From an uncultured Mycoplasmatota bacterium (GTDB lineage: Bacteria; Bacillota_I; Bacilli_A; RF39; UBA660), in the NCBI GenBank assembly GCA_947574085.1, contig CANPIH010000001.1:1-51553 (forward strand): a stretch of 51,553 nt of DNA, written 5' to 3'. Position numbers and translations under genes: made by a program. The first letter of the stretch is position 1; every line of letters begins with the position of its first letter. Under the pieces are notes generated by a model, which was not told the origin of the DNA, did not search any database, and worked only from the letters and a program-made list of their open reading frames with translations. Positions 43,713-51,553 of the stretch are shown here, piece after piece.

Positions 43713-44429
43713 ATGGAAAAGATTGAAAAATTCACAAAAGGTATTTTGTTTAGTGTAGGTATTTTTGTACTTTATTATTTAATATGTCCGAATTTATTTG
43801 CATTATTATTTAAAAAATTTTTAACTAGTGATAATTTTTGGATTTCCAATTTTGCTTTTTTAGGAATATACGCATTTACTTTTCTTATTTTATTTTTAAT
43901 TGTTCACAAAGACATTTTAAAGCAATGGAAAGCATTTATAAAAGATCCAAAACGTTTTTTAAATAAAGGATTTTCTTATTGGGGATATGGATTAATTTTC
44001 ATGATGCTTTGCAATTTGCTCATTTCATCCATTGTAGGAAATATCGCTGTAAACGAACAAGAAACAAGACAACTATTATTTAAAGCACCTTTATACGCCC
44101 TTCCTACTACTATCTTTTTTGGACCATTTTTAGAAGAACTTGTATTTCGCTTAGGCTTTAGAAAATCATTTAACAAAAAAATTCCTTTTGCTTTATGTTC
44201 AGCATTTGTTTTTGGTTTGTTGCATGTATTAGCTGCAATTGATTCATTTACAATTGCAAATTTAATGACCCATTGGAAAGAGTTTTTATTTATTATTCCC
44301 TATGGTTCTATAGGATTCTTTTTTGCAAAAGCTTATTACGAAACTGACAATATTTTTTCTTCTATAATACCTCATATGTTTCATAATGCTATGTCAGTTT
44401 TCCTTATTTATCTTACACAGGTCTTATAA
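43713..44429 (+). CDS. CPBP-family (CAAX-type) intramembrane protease
   Basis: Motifs LEELVFRLGFR, FVFGLLHV and IPHMFHNAM in a polytopic protein. Confidence 0.8.
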   Translation: MEKIEKFTKGILFSVGIFVLYYLICPNLFALLFKKFLTSDNFWISNFAFLGIYAFTFLILFLIVHKDILKQWKAFIKDPKRFLNKGFSYWGYGLIFMMLCNLLISSIVGNIAVNEQETRQLLFKAPLYALPTTIFFGPFLEELVFRLGFRKSFNKKIPFALCSAFVFGLLHVLAAIDSFTIANLMTHWKEFLFIIPYGSIGFFFAKAYYETDNIFSSIIPHMFHNAMSVFLIYLTQVL

Positions 44430-44440
44430 GAAGAGGTTTT

Positions 44441-45337
44441 ATGAAAGAAGAAAAAATACTTGAACAAAAATCAGAAGAAATAAATAAAAAAAAGAAATTC
44501 ATTTTAAGAAACACAATTTTAATAATTTTTCTTTTCAATTTACTTTTTTATTTTTATATTCGATATATAGAACCCAATTTACTAAAAGTCAATGAGTATG
44601 CAATTGTAGATAATCAACTTCCTTACTCTTTTCATGGTATAAAAATTGTACAGTTTTCTGATATTCTATATGGCTCCAACATGAAAGAAATCCATATAGA
44701 AAAAGTAGTAAATAAAATAAATAATTTAAAACCAGATATTGTTCTTTTTACAGGTGATTTATTAAATAATACTATTAAAATTAATGATACAACTAAAAAA
44801 AATCTTATAGAAATATTAAGTAAAATAAACGCTACTTATAAAAAATATGCAATTTTAGGAGACAACGATTTTAGTGACACCAATGCCTATTATGAAATTA
44901 TGGAAAGTGCTAATTTTATGATACTTAATAATAAAAATGATTTTTTATATTACATGGGAAACGATCCTTTACTATTTGTAGGAACTTCTTCTTTAAATGA
45001 ACAAGAATTCAATAAAGAACAAGCCTTAGCAAACCCAGATGATATTCAAACTGCCTATAAAATTTGGTTGCATCATGAACCAGCTGTTTTTGAAGAATTA
45101 ATAGCCACCAATTATAAACCAAATTTGGTATTTACTGGTCATAGTCTAAATGGATTAATTAAAATTCCATTTTATGGTCCTCTATTAAAACAAGACGGAA
45201 TTAATTCTTTTACAGAAAATTATTACGAAAAAAATGAAGTGAAAATGTATATTTCTGGAGGATTAGGAACTTACAAATACAATGTTCGTTTTTTTAACTT
45301 CCCTTCCATTAATTTGTATCGTTTGTATCAATATTAA
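44441..45337 (+). CDS. Membrane-anchored metallophosphoesterase (YkuE-like)
   Basis: IVQFSDILYG, FTGDLLN, LGDNDF, WLHHEP, TGHSLNG. Confidence 0.75.
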   Translation: MKEEKILEQKSEEINKKKKFILRNTILIIFLFNLLFYFYIRYIEPNLLKVNEYAIVDNQLPYSFHGIKIVQFSDILYGSNMKEIHIEKVVNKINNLKPDIVLFTGDLLNNTIKINDTTKKNLIEILSKINATYKKYAILGDNDFSDTNAYYEIMESANFMILNNKNDFLYYMGNDPLLFVGTSSLNEQEFNKEQALANPDDIQTAYKIWLHHEPAVFEELIATNYKPNLVFTGHSLNGLIKIPFYGPLLKQDGINSFTENYYEKNEVKMYISGGLGTYKYNVRFFNFPSINLYRLYQY

Positions 45338-45360
45338 ATTACATCAAATATTCTTTTTTC

Positions 45361-45384
45361 AAAAAAAAAGACCATTAAGGTCTT
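45361..45384 (-). terminator. Rho-independent terminator between convergent genes
   Basis: aagacc (45368-45373) pairs with ggtctt (45379-45384). An A9 run on the + strand gives a T-run after the hairpin on the minus strand. Confidence 0.55.
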
Positions 45385-45823
45385 ATACGCAGTCTACGAA
45401 TGTATCCGTTAAGCATCTTATTGCACAAATGCAATCTAGACTAATTGTAAAAAATGAACTTGTAGCAACATATGGATTTAAACTTGTTGGATCTGGATTG
45501 TCAGCTAAAACTCGACAAGTACAACAGTTTCCATCCACTTTTTCTACCCTAAACACATTTGAACAAGTAGCACTTGCATCACGACAAGTTGCTGTTGAAT
45601 CTTTCGTAGTTGGCATACTCCATGGAGTTCCATTTCCACAACAAGTATAAAGCATTATTGGTCTAGTATTACAAATAAGACAATTTGGTCCTCCACCAAG
45701 CATAGGTCTATCGCAAGAATCTAAACAACTATCTGGACATGCATTTTGTTGAAGAACTAATATTACATTTAGAATTTCAGCTATGCAACTTGCGTTGTCA
45801 TGATTGTTTTCTTTATTACACAT
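45383..45823 (-). CDS. CotY/CotZ-family spore coat protein
   Basis: Start moved to the ATG at 45823 (RBS AAGGGTG). CIAEILNVILVLQQ, NTRPIMLYT and NVFRVEKVDGNCCTCRVL match the CotZ/CotY pattern as I remember it. Confidence 0.65.
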   Translation of the reverse strand: MCNKENNHDNASCIAEILNVILVLQQNACPDSCLDSCDRPMLGGGPNCLICNTRPIMLYTCCGNGTPWSMPTTKDSTATCRDASATCSNVFRVEKVDGNCCTCRVLADNPDPTSLNPYVATSSFFTISLDCICAIRCLTDTFVDCV

Positions 45824-45942
45824 ATCATTCACCCTTTCCTGTATTCTCATTAATAATTTATGATAGTTTAAAAAAATAGTTCTTAAATTCAAAAAGGTTT
45901 TAAAAATTCTTAATTTGTTGTATAATTTTAGTAGGTGATATT

Positions 45943-46260
45943 ATGGAAACATGGATTCAATATTTAATCATAATTGCTGTTCTTATACTTATTTCATTAA
46001 TTGTTATCAAATTAATGAAAAAAGATTTTAGTGTAGAGGCTAATAAACTCATTAATTATTTAGGGGGAAAAGACAATATTATAAATGCAGAATGCAATAT
46101 GTCACGATTTAAAGTAATTTTAAAAGATGTCTCTGTAGTAGATAAAGATAATATTCAAAAACTTGGAGCAAAAGGAATTGTAGAAATTGACAATCAGTTA
46201 AAAATTATTTTTGGAAAAGACGCTAGACAATTAAAAAAGTATATAGATGAAATTTTATAG
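45943..46260 (+). CDS. Membrane-anchored PTS EIIB-like domain protein
   Basis: N-terminal TM, then NYLGGKDNIINAECNMSRFKVILKD, which resembles the glucose-family EIIB site (N.CATRLR). Confidence 0.55.
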   Translation: METWIQYLIIIAVLILISLIVIKLMKKDFSVEANKLINYLGGKDNIINAECNMSRFKVILKDVSVVDKDNIQKLGAKGIVEIDNQLKIIFGKDARQLKKYIDEIL

Positions 46261-46268
46261 TGTAAAAT

Positions 46269-46562
46269 TTACACTTTTTTTATGTCTAAAAGATCAGAAA
46301 TTAAAATTGTTTCTCCCGTTAACGTCAAAATAGAAGTATTAGTAAGTCCTACTACATCCACTTCTTTGCTTCCTTTATTAGTGGTTATTTGTACTCTTGT
46401 CTTATAAACATGTTTTTTATCACTAAAAATACGATTTATTTCCGTTTCCGTTATAGGAGTACTACGAACACTGCTTCTTTCAGCACTTTGAAAAATTTCT
46501 TCATTATTTTTTATTTCTTTCGTAATAGGAACTGCGTATACATGTGGTAATTTTTTATTCAT
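46269..46562 (-). CDS. Hypothetical small protein
   Basis: Start placed at the ATG at 46562 (RBS GAGGTG). 97 aa, no family recognised. Confidence 0.4.
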   Translation of the reverse strand: MNKKLPHVYAVPITKEIKNNEEIFQSAERSSVRSTPITETEINRIFSDKKHVYKTRVQITTNKGSKEVDVVGLTNTSILTLTGETILISDLLDIKKV

Positions 46563-46619
46563 ATCGAACACCTCGTTACATTTTATGATTATTTGCCTAT
46601 TTTGTTGCATACTAAAAAT

Positions 46620-47711
46620 ATGAAAACGAAGAAAATAAAACAAAATTTATTTTTTATATTACCTCTAGGTTTTCTCATGATAGCTAGTTTTTTTTGTATG
46701 TATGAGGTTCGCTTTATTAAAGATATTTATGCCAATCATTTTTTTAAGCAAATTTTGTGGTTTTTTTTAGGTTTTATTCTTATTTTTATTTTAAAAAAAA
46801 TAAAAATAAAATTATTATTTCAATATAGCTTTTATTTTTATTTACTAGGAAATTTTCTTTTACTACTTGTTTTATTCATAGGAAAAGAAACAAATGGTGC
46901 CAAAGCATGGTTTCATTTCAAATTTTTTAATTTTCAGCCAAGTGAGTTTATGAAAATTGCTTTATTACTTTATTTATCAAAAGTAACTTACGACTTTACA
47001 ATTAGCAAAAAAAGAAAAGAGTTTGTTTATATTTTAAAATGTTTTTTTCTTGTTTTAATACCTAGTGTACTTGTTTTTTTAGAACCCGATACAGGAGCTA
47101 TTGTAATGTATTTATTAATATTACTTTCCGTTTTACTTATTTCAAAAATTAAAAAACGATGGTTTGTTATAGCTTTTCTTCTACTATTTACCTTAATTTG
47201 TGCATTCACTTATTTTTATCTTTTTCATCAAGAAGAATTAATTAAATGGATTGGAACTAGTCTTTTTTATAGAATGGATCGCCTGATTCATTTTCGAGAT
47301 GGAAGTGGAATGCAACTTAATAATGCATTAGCTACCATTGGAAATGCTGGATTCTTTGGGCATGGAATTCAAAAAGAAATATTATACGTTCCAGAATACC
47401 CTACGGACTTTGCCTTTACTCTTTTTATATCTATGTTTGGATTTATTGGAGGAATACTTTTACTTCTTTCATTCTTTGTATTAAATTGGTATTTTATTAA
47501 CAATTTTTTTTCTGTTAAACACATCGAATACAAATGCTTCATTCATGGTTTTCTGTTCTTATTTTTCTTTCAACAAATTCAAAACATATTGATGAATATA
47601 GGTCTCATGCCAATTATGGGTATTCCTCTACCATTTTTATCCTATGGTGGTTCTAACATGATTGTTACTTTCCTTTTTATTGGAATTATTTTAAATCTAA
47701 CAAAAAAATGA
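46620..47711 (+). CDS. FtsW/RodA/SpoVE-family (SEDS) protein
   Basis: Polytopic. FQPSEFMKIALLLYL, EPDTGA, PEYPTDFAF, MGIPLPFLSYGGSN. Start set at the first ATG (46620), because the track start is a TTG. Confidence 0.85.
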   Translation: MKTKKIKQNLFFILPLGFLMIASFFCMYEVRFIKDIYANHFFKQILWFFLGFILIFILKKIKIKLLFQYSFYFYLLGNFLLLLVLFIGKETNGAKAWFHFKFFNFQPSEFMKIALLLYLSKVTYDFTISKKRKEFVYILKCFFLVLIPSVLVFLEPDTGAIVMYLLILLSVLLISKIKKRWFVIAFLLLFTLICAFTYFYLFHQEELIKWIGTSLFYRMDRLIHFRDGSGMQLNNALATIGNAGFFGHGIQKEILYVPEYPTDFAFTLFISMFGFIGGILLLLSFFVLNWYFINNFFSVKHIEYKCFIHGFLFLFFFQQIQNILMNIGLMPIMGIPLPFLSYGGSNMIVTFLFIGIILNLTKK

Positions 47712-47787
47712 TAATTTCTCTATACTCATAAAAAAAATCTGATGTAGTACATAACAGATTTTTTTTATGCAAAATGCAATCTATTTT

Positions 47788-48012
47788 TTATCTTCCATAA
47801 GGAATAGGATAATAATAGCTATAAGAATAATTACCATATGGACCTGGTCCCATTGGTGGATAATATGGTCTTGGAGCAACATTATAAATTGGTCTTGGTC
47901 TAGTAAGTCCTACAGCGGCACCTCCAACCAAAGCCCCAGTTAAAAAGGGAAAGAAAAATTGACGATCTCCATTTCTATTTGTTGATGGATAAGGATAAGA
48001 ATTTTGATACAT
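47788..48012 (-). CDS. Small Tyr/Pro/Gly-rich protein with one hydrophobic segment
   Basis: 74 aa: YPYPSTN..FFFPFLTGALVGGAAVGL..PYYPPMGPGPYGNYSYSYYYPIPYGR. Confidence 0.4.
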   Translation of the reverse strand: MYQNSYPYPSTNRNGDRQFFFPFLTGALVGGAAVGLTRPRPIYNVAPRPYYPPMGPGPYGNYSYSYYYPIPYGR

Positions 48013-48059
48013 TTGAAAAGTCCTCCTTTCAATGTAATTTATGAAAAAAGAAGATTTTG

Positions 48060-49286
48060 TTATTTATAAAAGCCTAAATAATATTTTTTCTTTCCTTTTT
48101 TTACAATAATGATTTTATTTTCGATAAAATCTTCTATCATAACCTTTTTCTCCACACTGTTCACTTTGCAATTGTTAATCGAAATAGCTCCACTGTTGAT
48201 CATTTCCCTAGCTTCTCTCTTACTCGAACAAATACTGTTATCTACTAACAAGTCAATAAGTAAACTATTTTCTTTAACTTCAAAAGTAGGGATGTCTTTT
48301 AAACTTGCAATAATATCCTCTGCACTCAGTTTGGTAATATCTTTACTGAATAAAGATTCACTCATTAACTTTGCATGTTCAAATTCGTCTACTCCATGTA
48401 AATCCGTAATTATTTCTTTTGCCAAACGTTTATGGGCCTCGCGTAATTCTGGATTCTTTTTATGACGAACTTCAATACTTTCAATTTCCTCTTTTTCTAT
48501 AAATGTTAATTTCTTTAAGTAATCAATTATCATAGAATCTTCTAAATTTATTAAAAATTGGTACAATTCGTAACTTGACGTTTTATTTTTATCTAACCAT
48601 AAAGCATTTCCTTCAGTTTTTCCAAATTTAACTCCGTTAGAATCTGTGACAAGAGGCATCACCATTCCATATGCTGTTTGATCTAATTTTTTACGAATTA
48701 ACTCAATACCAGCTGTTATATTTCCCCACTGATCACTTCCAGCTACTTGTAAAACGCAATTCTTAGTTTTAAATAAATGTAAAAAATCCAATGCTTGTAA
48801 AATCATATAAGAAAATTCAGCAAATGTTATTCCGGTTTCTATTCTTGATTTTACTTTATCTTTTGCAAGCATATAATTAATATTAAAATATTTACCATAA
48901 TCTCTTAAAAAGTCAATAACATGGATATCTTTTATCCACTCATAGTTATCTACCACTTCAAAACCAAAAATACTTTCTGCCTGTTTTTTTAATCCAATAA
49001 TATTTTTTACTACTTCTTCCTTTGAAATTATTGGTCTTTCACTTGTAGGCTTTGGATCTCCAATTAAACCTGTAGCACCTCCAACTAAAAGAATGGGATG
49101 ATGTCCTGCACGAGCAAGCCTTTTTGAAATCAAAAAAGAGCTATAATGTCCAATGTGCATAGAATCTGCTGTAGGATCGGTTCCTATATAAAAAGTAAGC
49201 CCTCCTTTATTTAATTTTTCAATTAATTCTTCATCGCTTATATCTTGTACAAGTCCTCTCCATACTAAATCTTCATAAACAGTCAT
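48060..49286 (-). CDS. tyrS: Tyrosine--tRNA ligase
   Basis: Start at the ATG at 49286 (RBS AGGAGG). HIGH motif (DSMHIGH), KFGKT (KMSKS-type) motif, C-terminal S4-like domain. Confidence 0.95.
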   Translation of the reverse strand: MTVYEDLVWRGLVQDISDEELIEKLNKGGLTFYIGTDPTADSMHIGHYSSFLISKRLARAGHHPILLVGGATGLIGDPKPTSERPIISKEEVVKNIIGLKKQAESIFGFEVVDNYEWIKDIHVIDFLRDYGKYFNINYMLAKDKVKSRIETGITFAEFSYMILQALDFLHLFKTKNCVLQVAGSDQWGNITAGIELIRKKLDQTAYGMVMPLVTDSNGVKFGKTEGNALWLDKNKTSSYELYQFLINLEDSMIIDYLKKLTFIEKEEIESIEVRHKKNPELREAHKRLAKEIITDLHGVDEFEHAKLMSESLFSKDITKLSAEDIIASLKDIPTFEVKENSLLIDLLVDNSICSSKREAREMINSGAISINNCKVNSVEKKVMIEDFIENKIIIVKKGKKKYYLGFYK

Positions 49287-49304
49287 TTTCTTTCCTCCTA
49301 TCAA

Positions 49305-49545
49305 TAAAAAAACACGACAAACAAGCCTTATAAAGGACGAATTTGCCGTGGTACCACCTTAATTCATGATTTAATCATGCACTTTTAATTATATCGCATT
49401 ACCGAAGTTGATTCCTAAAGAGTAATTCGTTACTTTTCCTAGACTTGTTTTCATCAACCACAAGTTTTCTTCTTTCCGAAAAAAGCAACTACTAATCTTT
49501 CCTCAACACCAACTTGAATATAAATACTGTATCATAAATATTTTT
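49305..49545 (-). promoter_or_regulatory. T-box riboswitch leader of tyrS
   Basis: On the minus strand the T-box motif AATTAAGGTGGTACCACGG (49364-49346) overlaps a terminator helix (about 49314-49349) followed by GTTTTTTT. An AGTA-containing stem I start lies near 49500. A UAC (Tyr) triplet at 49424-49422 sits in a plausible specifier region. Confidence 0.85.
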
Positions 49546-49580
49546 ATAAAACAACATTTTAATTTAAAATCCTAAAAAAA

Positions 49581-50042
49581 TTAAGCAGTTTTTTTCTTAG
49601 CCGTTTTGGCTTTATTTTTAGGTGTTGCTTTGATTTCATTGTTTTCTATTTTATCAATTGCACTTTTTAAAATAGAAACTGTTTTTTCTTTTATTTCTTT
49701 AGCGACTTTTTCAACTACTGGTATGCTCTTTTCTTTAGCAGAATCAATTAAATCATCAGCTTTCTTTAAAAGAGCATTTCCTTTTTCTTTAATCATTTCT
49801 TTAGCGGTTTCTTTGTTTAAATTTTCTAAATCTTTTTTTAGCTCTTTTATTTTTTGCTCAAATTTAGCTTTCATTTCCGTTGCATCAATATTTTTGATAT
49901 CTTCTGCCATTTTCTTTGTTTTTCTTTTTAAATCTTCTCTAGTTTCACTTCCCTTTTTAGGAGCAAATAGCACACCTAAACCAGCACCTATAGCAGTACC
50001 AAGAATAAATTTTCCCATTCCTTTTTTACTCATTTTCATCAC
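49581..50042 (-). CDS. YtxH-like protein
   Basis: GKFILGTAIGAGLGVLFAPKKGSETREDLK followed by K/E-rich helices. The exact start among the clustered Met codons is uncertain. Confidence 0.75.
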   Translation of the reverse strand: MMKMSKKGMGKFILGTAIGAGLGVLFAPKKGSETREDLKRKTKKMAEDIKNIDATEMKAKFEQKIKELKKDLENLNKETAKEMIKEKGNALLKKADDLIDSAKEKSIPVVEKVAKEIKEKTVSILKSAIDKIENNEIKATPKNKAKTAKKKTA

Positions 50043-50328
50043 TTTCCTTTTTTAACTTTTTCTTTTTCTTACTAAAAAATAACTTATTGAATAAAGTTGA
50101 TACTCCATCCACCACTTTATCCGTTGCAAAAGCTATTTTATCCGTTGTATAGTCTATAATATGAAAAAAACCATTTAAAGTCTGCACTTTCTCTTTTACA
50201 TCTTCCACTACTTTTTCTACTTTACTCAAAGTTATTATAAACTTTACACCTAATATTATGCCAATTATTAGGAAAATTATTAATAAAATGTAAATTACTA
50301 TAGGTAAAAAATCTAGCCAAAAACTCAT
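50026..50328 (-). CDS. DUF948 (YtxG-like) membrane protein
   Basis: N-terminal TM plus a helical domain, directly upstream of the YtxH-like gene as in the Bacillus ytxG-ytxH pair. Confidence 0.6.
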   Translation of the reverse strand: MSFWLDFLPIVIYILLIIFLIIGIILGVKFIITLSKVEKVVEDVKEKVQTLNGFFHIIDYTTDKIAFATDKVVDGVSTLFNKLFFSKKKKKLKKESDENE

Positions 50329-51269
50329 TATTCTTCTTCCTCTCTGTTATCATACATCGAATCAATTAAATCAAATAAGTCATTTTCTAAAGTATCTTCT
50401 TCAAATTTTTGTTCTTCACTTTTATTAGGTTGTTCATCTAGTACTTGTAAATCTTCTGTAGATTCTAATTCTTGTTCTTCTAATGGATGTCGATCGCTTC
50501 TTTTTGCAGTATCACTATCAAGACCACTTTCGTCGACCCTACTGCGAATTGTTTTTTCATTTCTGCTTTCACGAGAAACTCTTCTTTTTTCAATCAATAA
50601 ATCAATTTTGTCATCAGCAGATTCGTTTAATAAATCCTCTATGGTTGAAGTATCACCAACATAAAAATCTTCCTTAGAAGTATCGAATGTTTTTTCAATA
50701 TCTTCTTCTAAAGTTCCAAATGCTTTTTTACGAATTGTATCTACATCAATTTTCTTTTTAGGTTCTTCTTTTACAGTTATTATATCCTCTTTTTTATAAT
50801 TTTTATCTAAAACTCCATACACTGGTGAAATGACTGGAGATGGGGTAAAAACTTTTTTTATGTTTTTTGGCTCTTCTATTTCTTTTCTTAAAGTCTCTTT
50901 GCGACTAAGTTTTGGCTTTTTATCCATTTCAAAAGTTATTGGTTTTACTCTATCTAAACTTTCTTTGGGTGTCAGCGTGCGTTCCTTTTTTTCTTCCATT
51001 TCTATTGGTGGTTTATAGCTCGTTTTAAACTCATCCTCATCAAATTCTGGAAACTTAAAAGTATTCTCTGCTTTAAACAAGTCTCTTTCATTTTCTTCTA
51101 ACAAAGTTTCTTTTTTCTTTTTTTCGATCTCTGTTTTTTTATCAACACTGTCATCTTTAATAACTTGCTTTGTATTATTCTCTAAAGGTTCTTTTATTGG
51201 TATTTCGATTTCTTCTACCTCTAATAAAGCATTTTTTAATTTATTAAACAGTCCCATTTTTTTCTTCAC
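50328..51269 (-). CDS. Acidic Lys/Glu-rich low-complexity protein
   Basis: 313 aa. The N-terminal GLFNKLKNALL looks like an amphipathic helix, as in SepF-type N-termini, but no SepF core was recognised. Confidence 0.4.
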   Translation of the reverse strand: MKKKMGLFNKLKNALLEVEEIEIPIKEPLENNTKQVIKDDSVDKKTEIEKKKKETLLEENERDLFKAENTFKFPEFDEDEFKTSYKPPIEMEEKKERTLTPKESLDRVKPITFEMDKKPKLSRKETLRKEIEEPKNIKKVFTPSPVISPVYGVLDKNYKKEDIITVKEEPKKKIDVDTIRKKAFGTLEEDIEKTFDTSKEDFYVGDTSTIEDLLNESADDKIDLLIEKRRVSRESRNEKTIRSRVDESGLDSDTAKRSDRHPLEEQELESTEDLQVLDEQPNKSEEQKFEEDTLENDLFDLIDSMYDNREEEE

Positions 51270-51272
51270 CTC

Positions 51273-51545
51273 TTAATTAATTAAATCCATATCTGGCAAA
51301 ACATTTGTATTACTATTAGAATCATTTTTTAAATCTTCATCGTATTCAATTAAATTATTGTCTTTACTTGTGGTTTCAAAAATATTGTACTCATTTTCAT
51401 TGTAGTTTAAAATGTCTGCCCCAATCATATTCTCTATGATTTTGTCATTATAGGAGATAGAACTTAATAAAGAAATCGCATAACTAAGCATTTCCTTGAT
51501 GTCCTTATTATTTACTATCACTTCTATTTTAGCATAATTATACAT
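51273..51545 (-). CDS. Hypothetical small acidic protein
   Basis: Intact 90-aa ORF, 3 nt upstream of the next gene. Confidence 0.35.
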   Translation of the reverse strand: MYNYAKIEVIVNNKDIKEMLSYAISLLSSISYNDKIIENMIGADILNYNENEYNIFETTSKDNNLIEYDEDLKNDSNSNTNVLPDMDLIN

Positions 51546-51553
51546 AATTTCAA

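Overview
AT-rich, low-GC Bacillota-type chromosomal DNA. The standard bacterial code applies: long ORFs are intact and TAA, TAG and TGA all end genes. The source looks like a spore former, because a CotY/CotZ-like coat gene is present. The window has three zones. (1) Bases 1 to about 9.7 kb are the right-hand part of a probable integrated plasmid- or phage-like element. It carries a replication-initiator-like HTH gene, two tandem giant BspA-type LRR paralogs that share an unassigned Cys-motif C-terminal module, an internally duplicated protein and a 75-bp-repeat gene. The element ends where a D-Ala-D-Ala carboxypeptidase gene is cut down to a 56-codon stub. (2) Housekeeping blocks lie at 9.9-17.6 kb (lipoprotein, trpS, uppP, a nonsense-interrupted orphan adenine methyltransferase, rmuC, a TVP38-family protein, a rhodanese) and at 43.2-51.5 kb (thioredoxin-like protein, CPBP protease, metallophosphoesterase, CotY/Z-like protein, an FtsW/RodA-family protein, tyrS with a T-box leader, and ytxG/ytxH-like genes). 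(3) The main item is a 25.4-kb array at 17684-43071, entirely on the minus strand. It joins a Tad/Flp-type pilus module (CpaB-like, TadA ATPase, TadB/TadC-like, two pilin-like genes plus a decayed third copy, two pseudopilin-like genes, TadZ-like) directly to a Gram-positive type IV secretion module. That module has three VirB2/TrbC-like hairpin paralogs, a VirB6-like protein, a VirB3/PrgI-like protein, a split VirB4, a three-domain cell-wall hydrolase and a VirD4 coupling protein. I found no relaxase, integrase, prepilin peptidase or secretin in the window. All family assignments come from motifs read by eye in the supplied translations; no searches were run.
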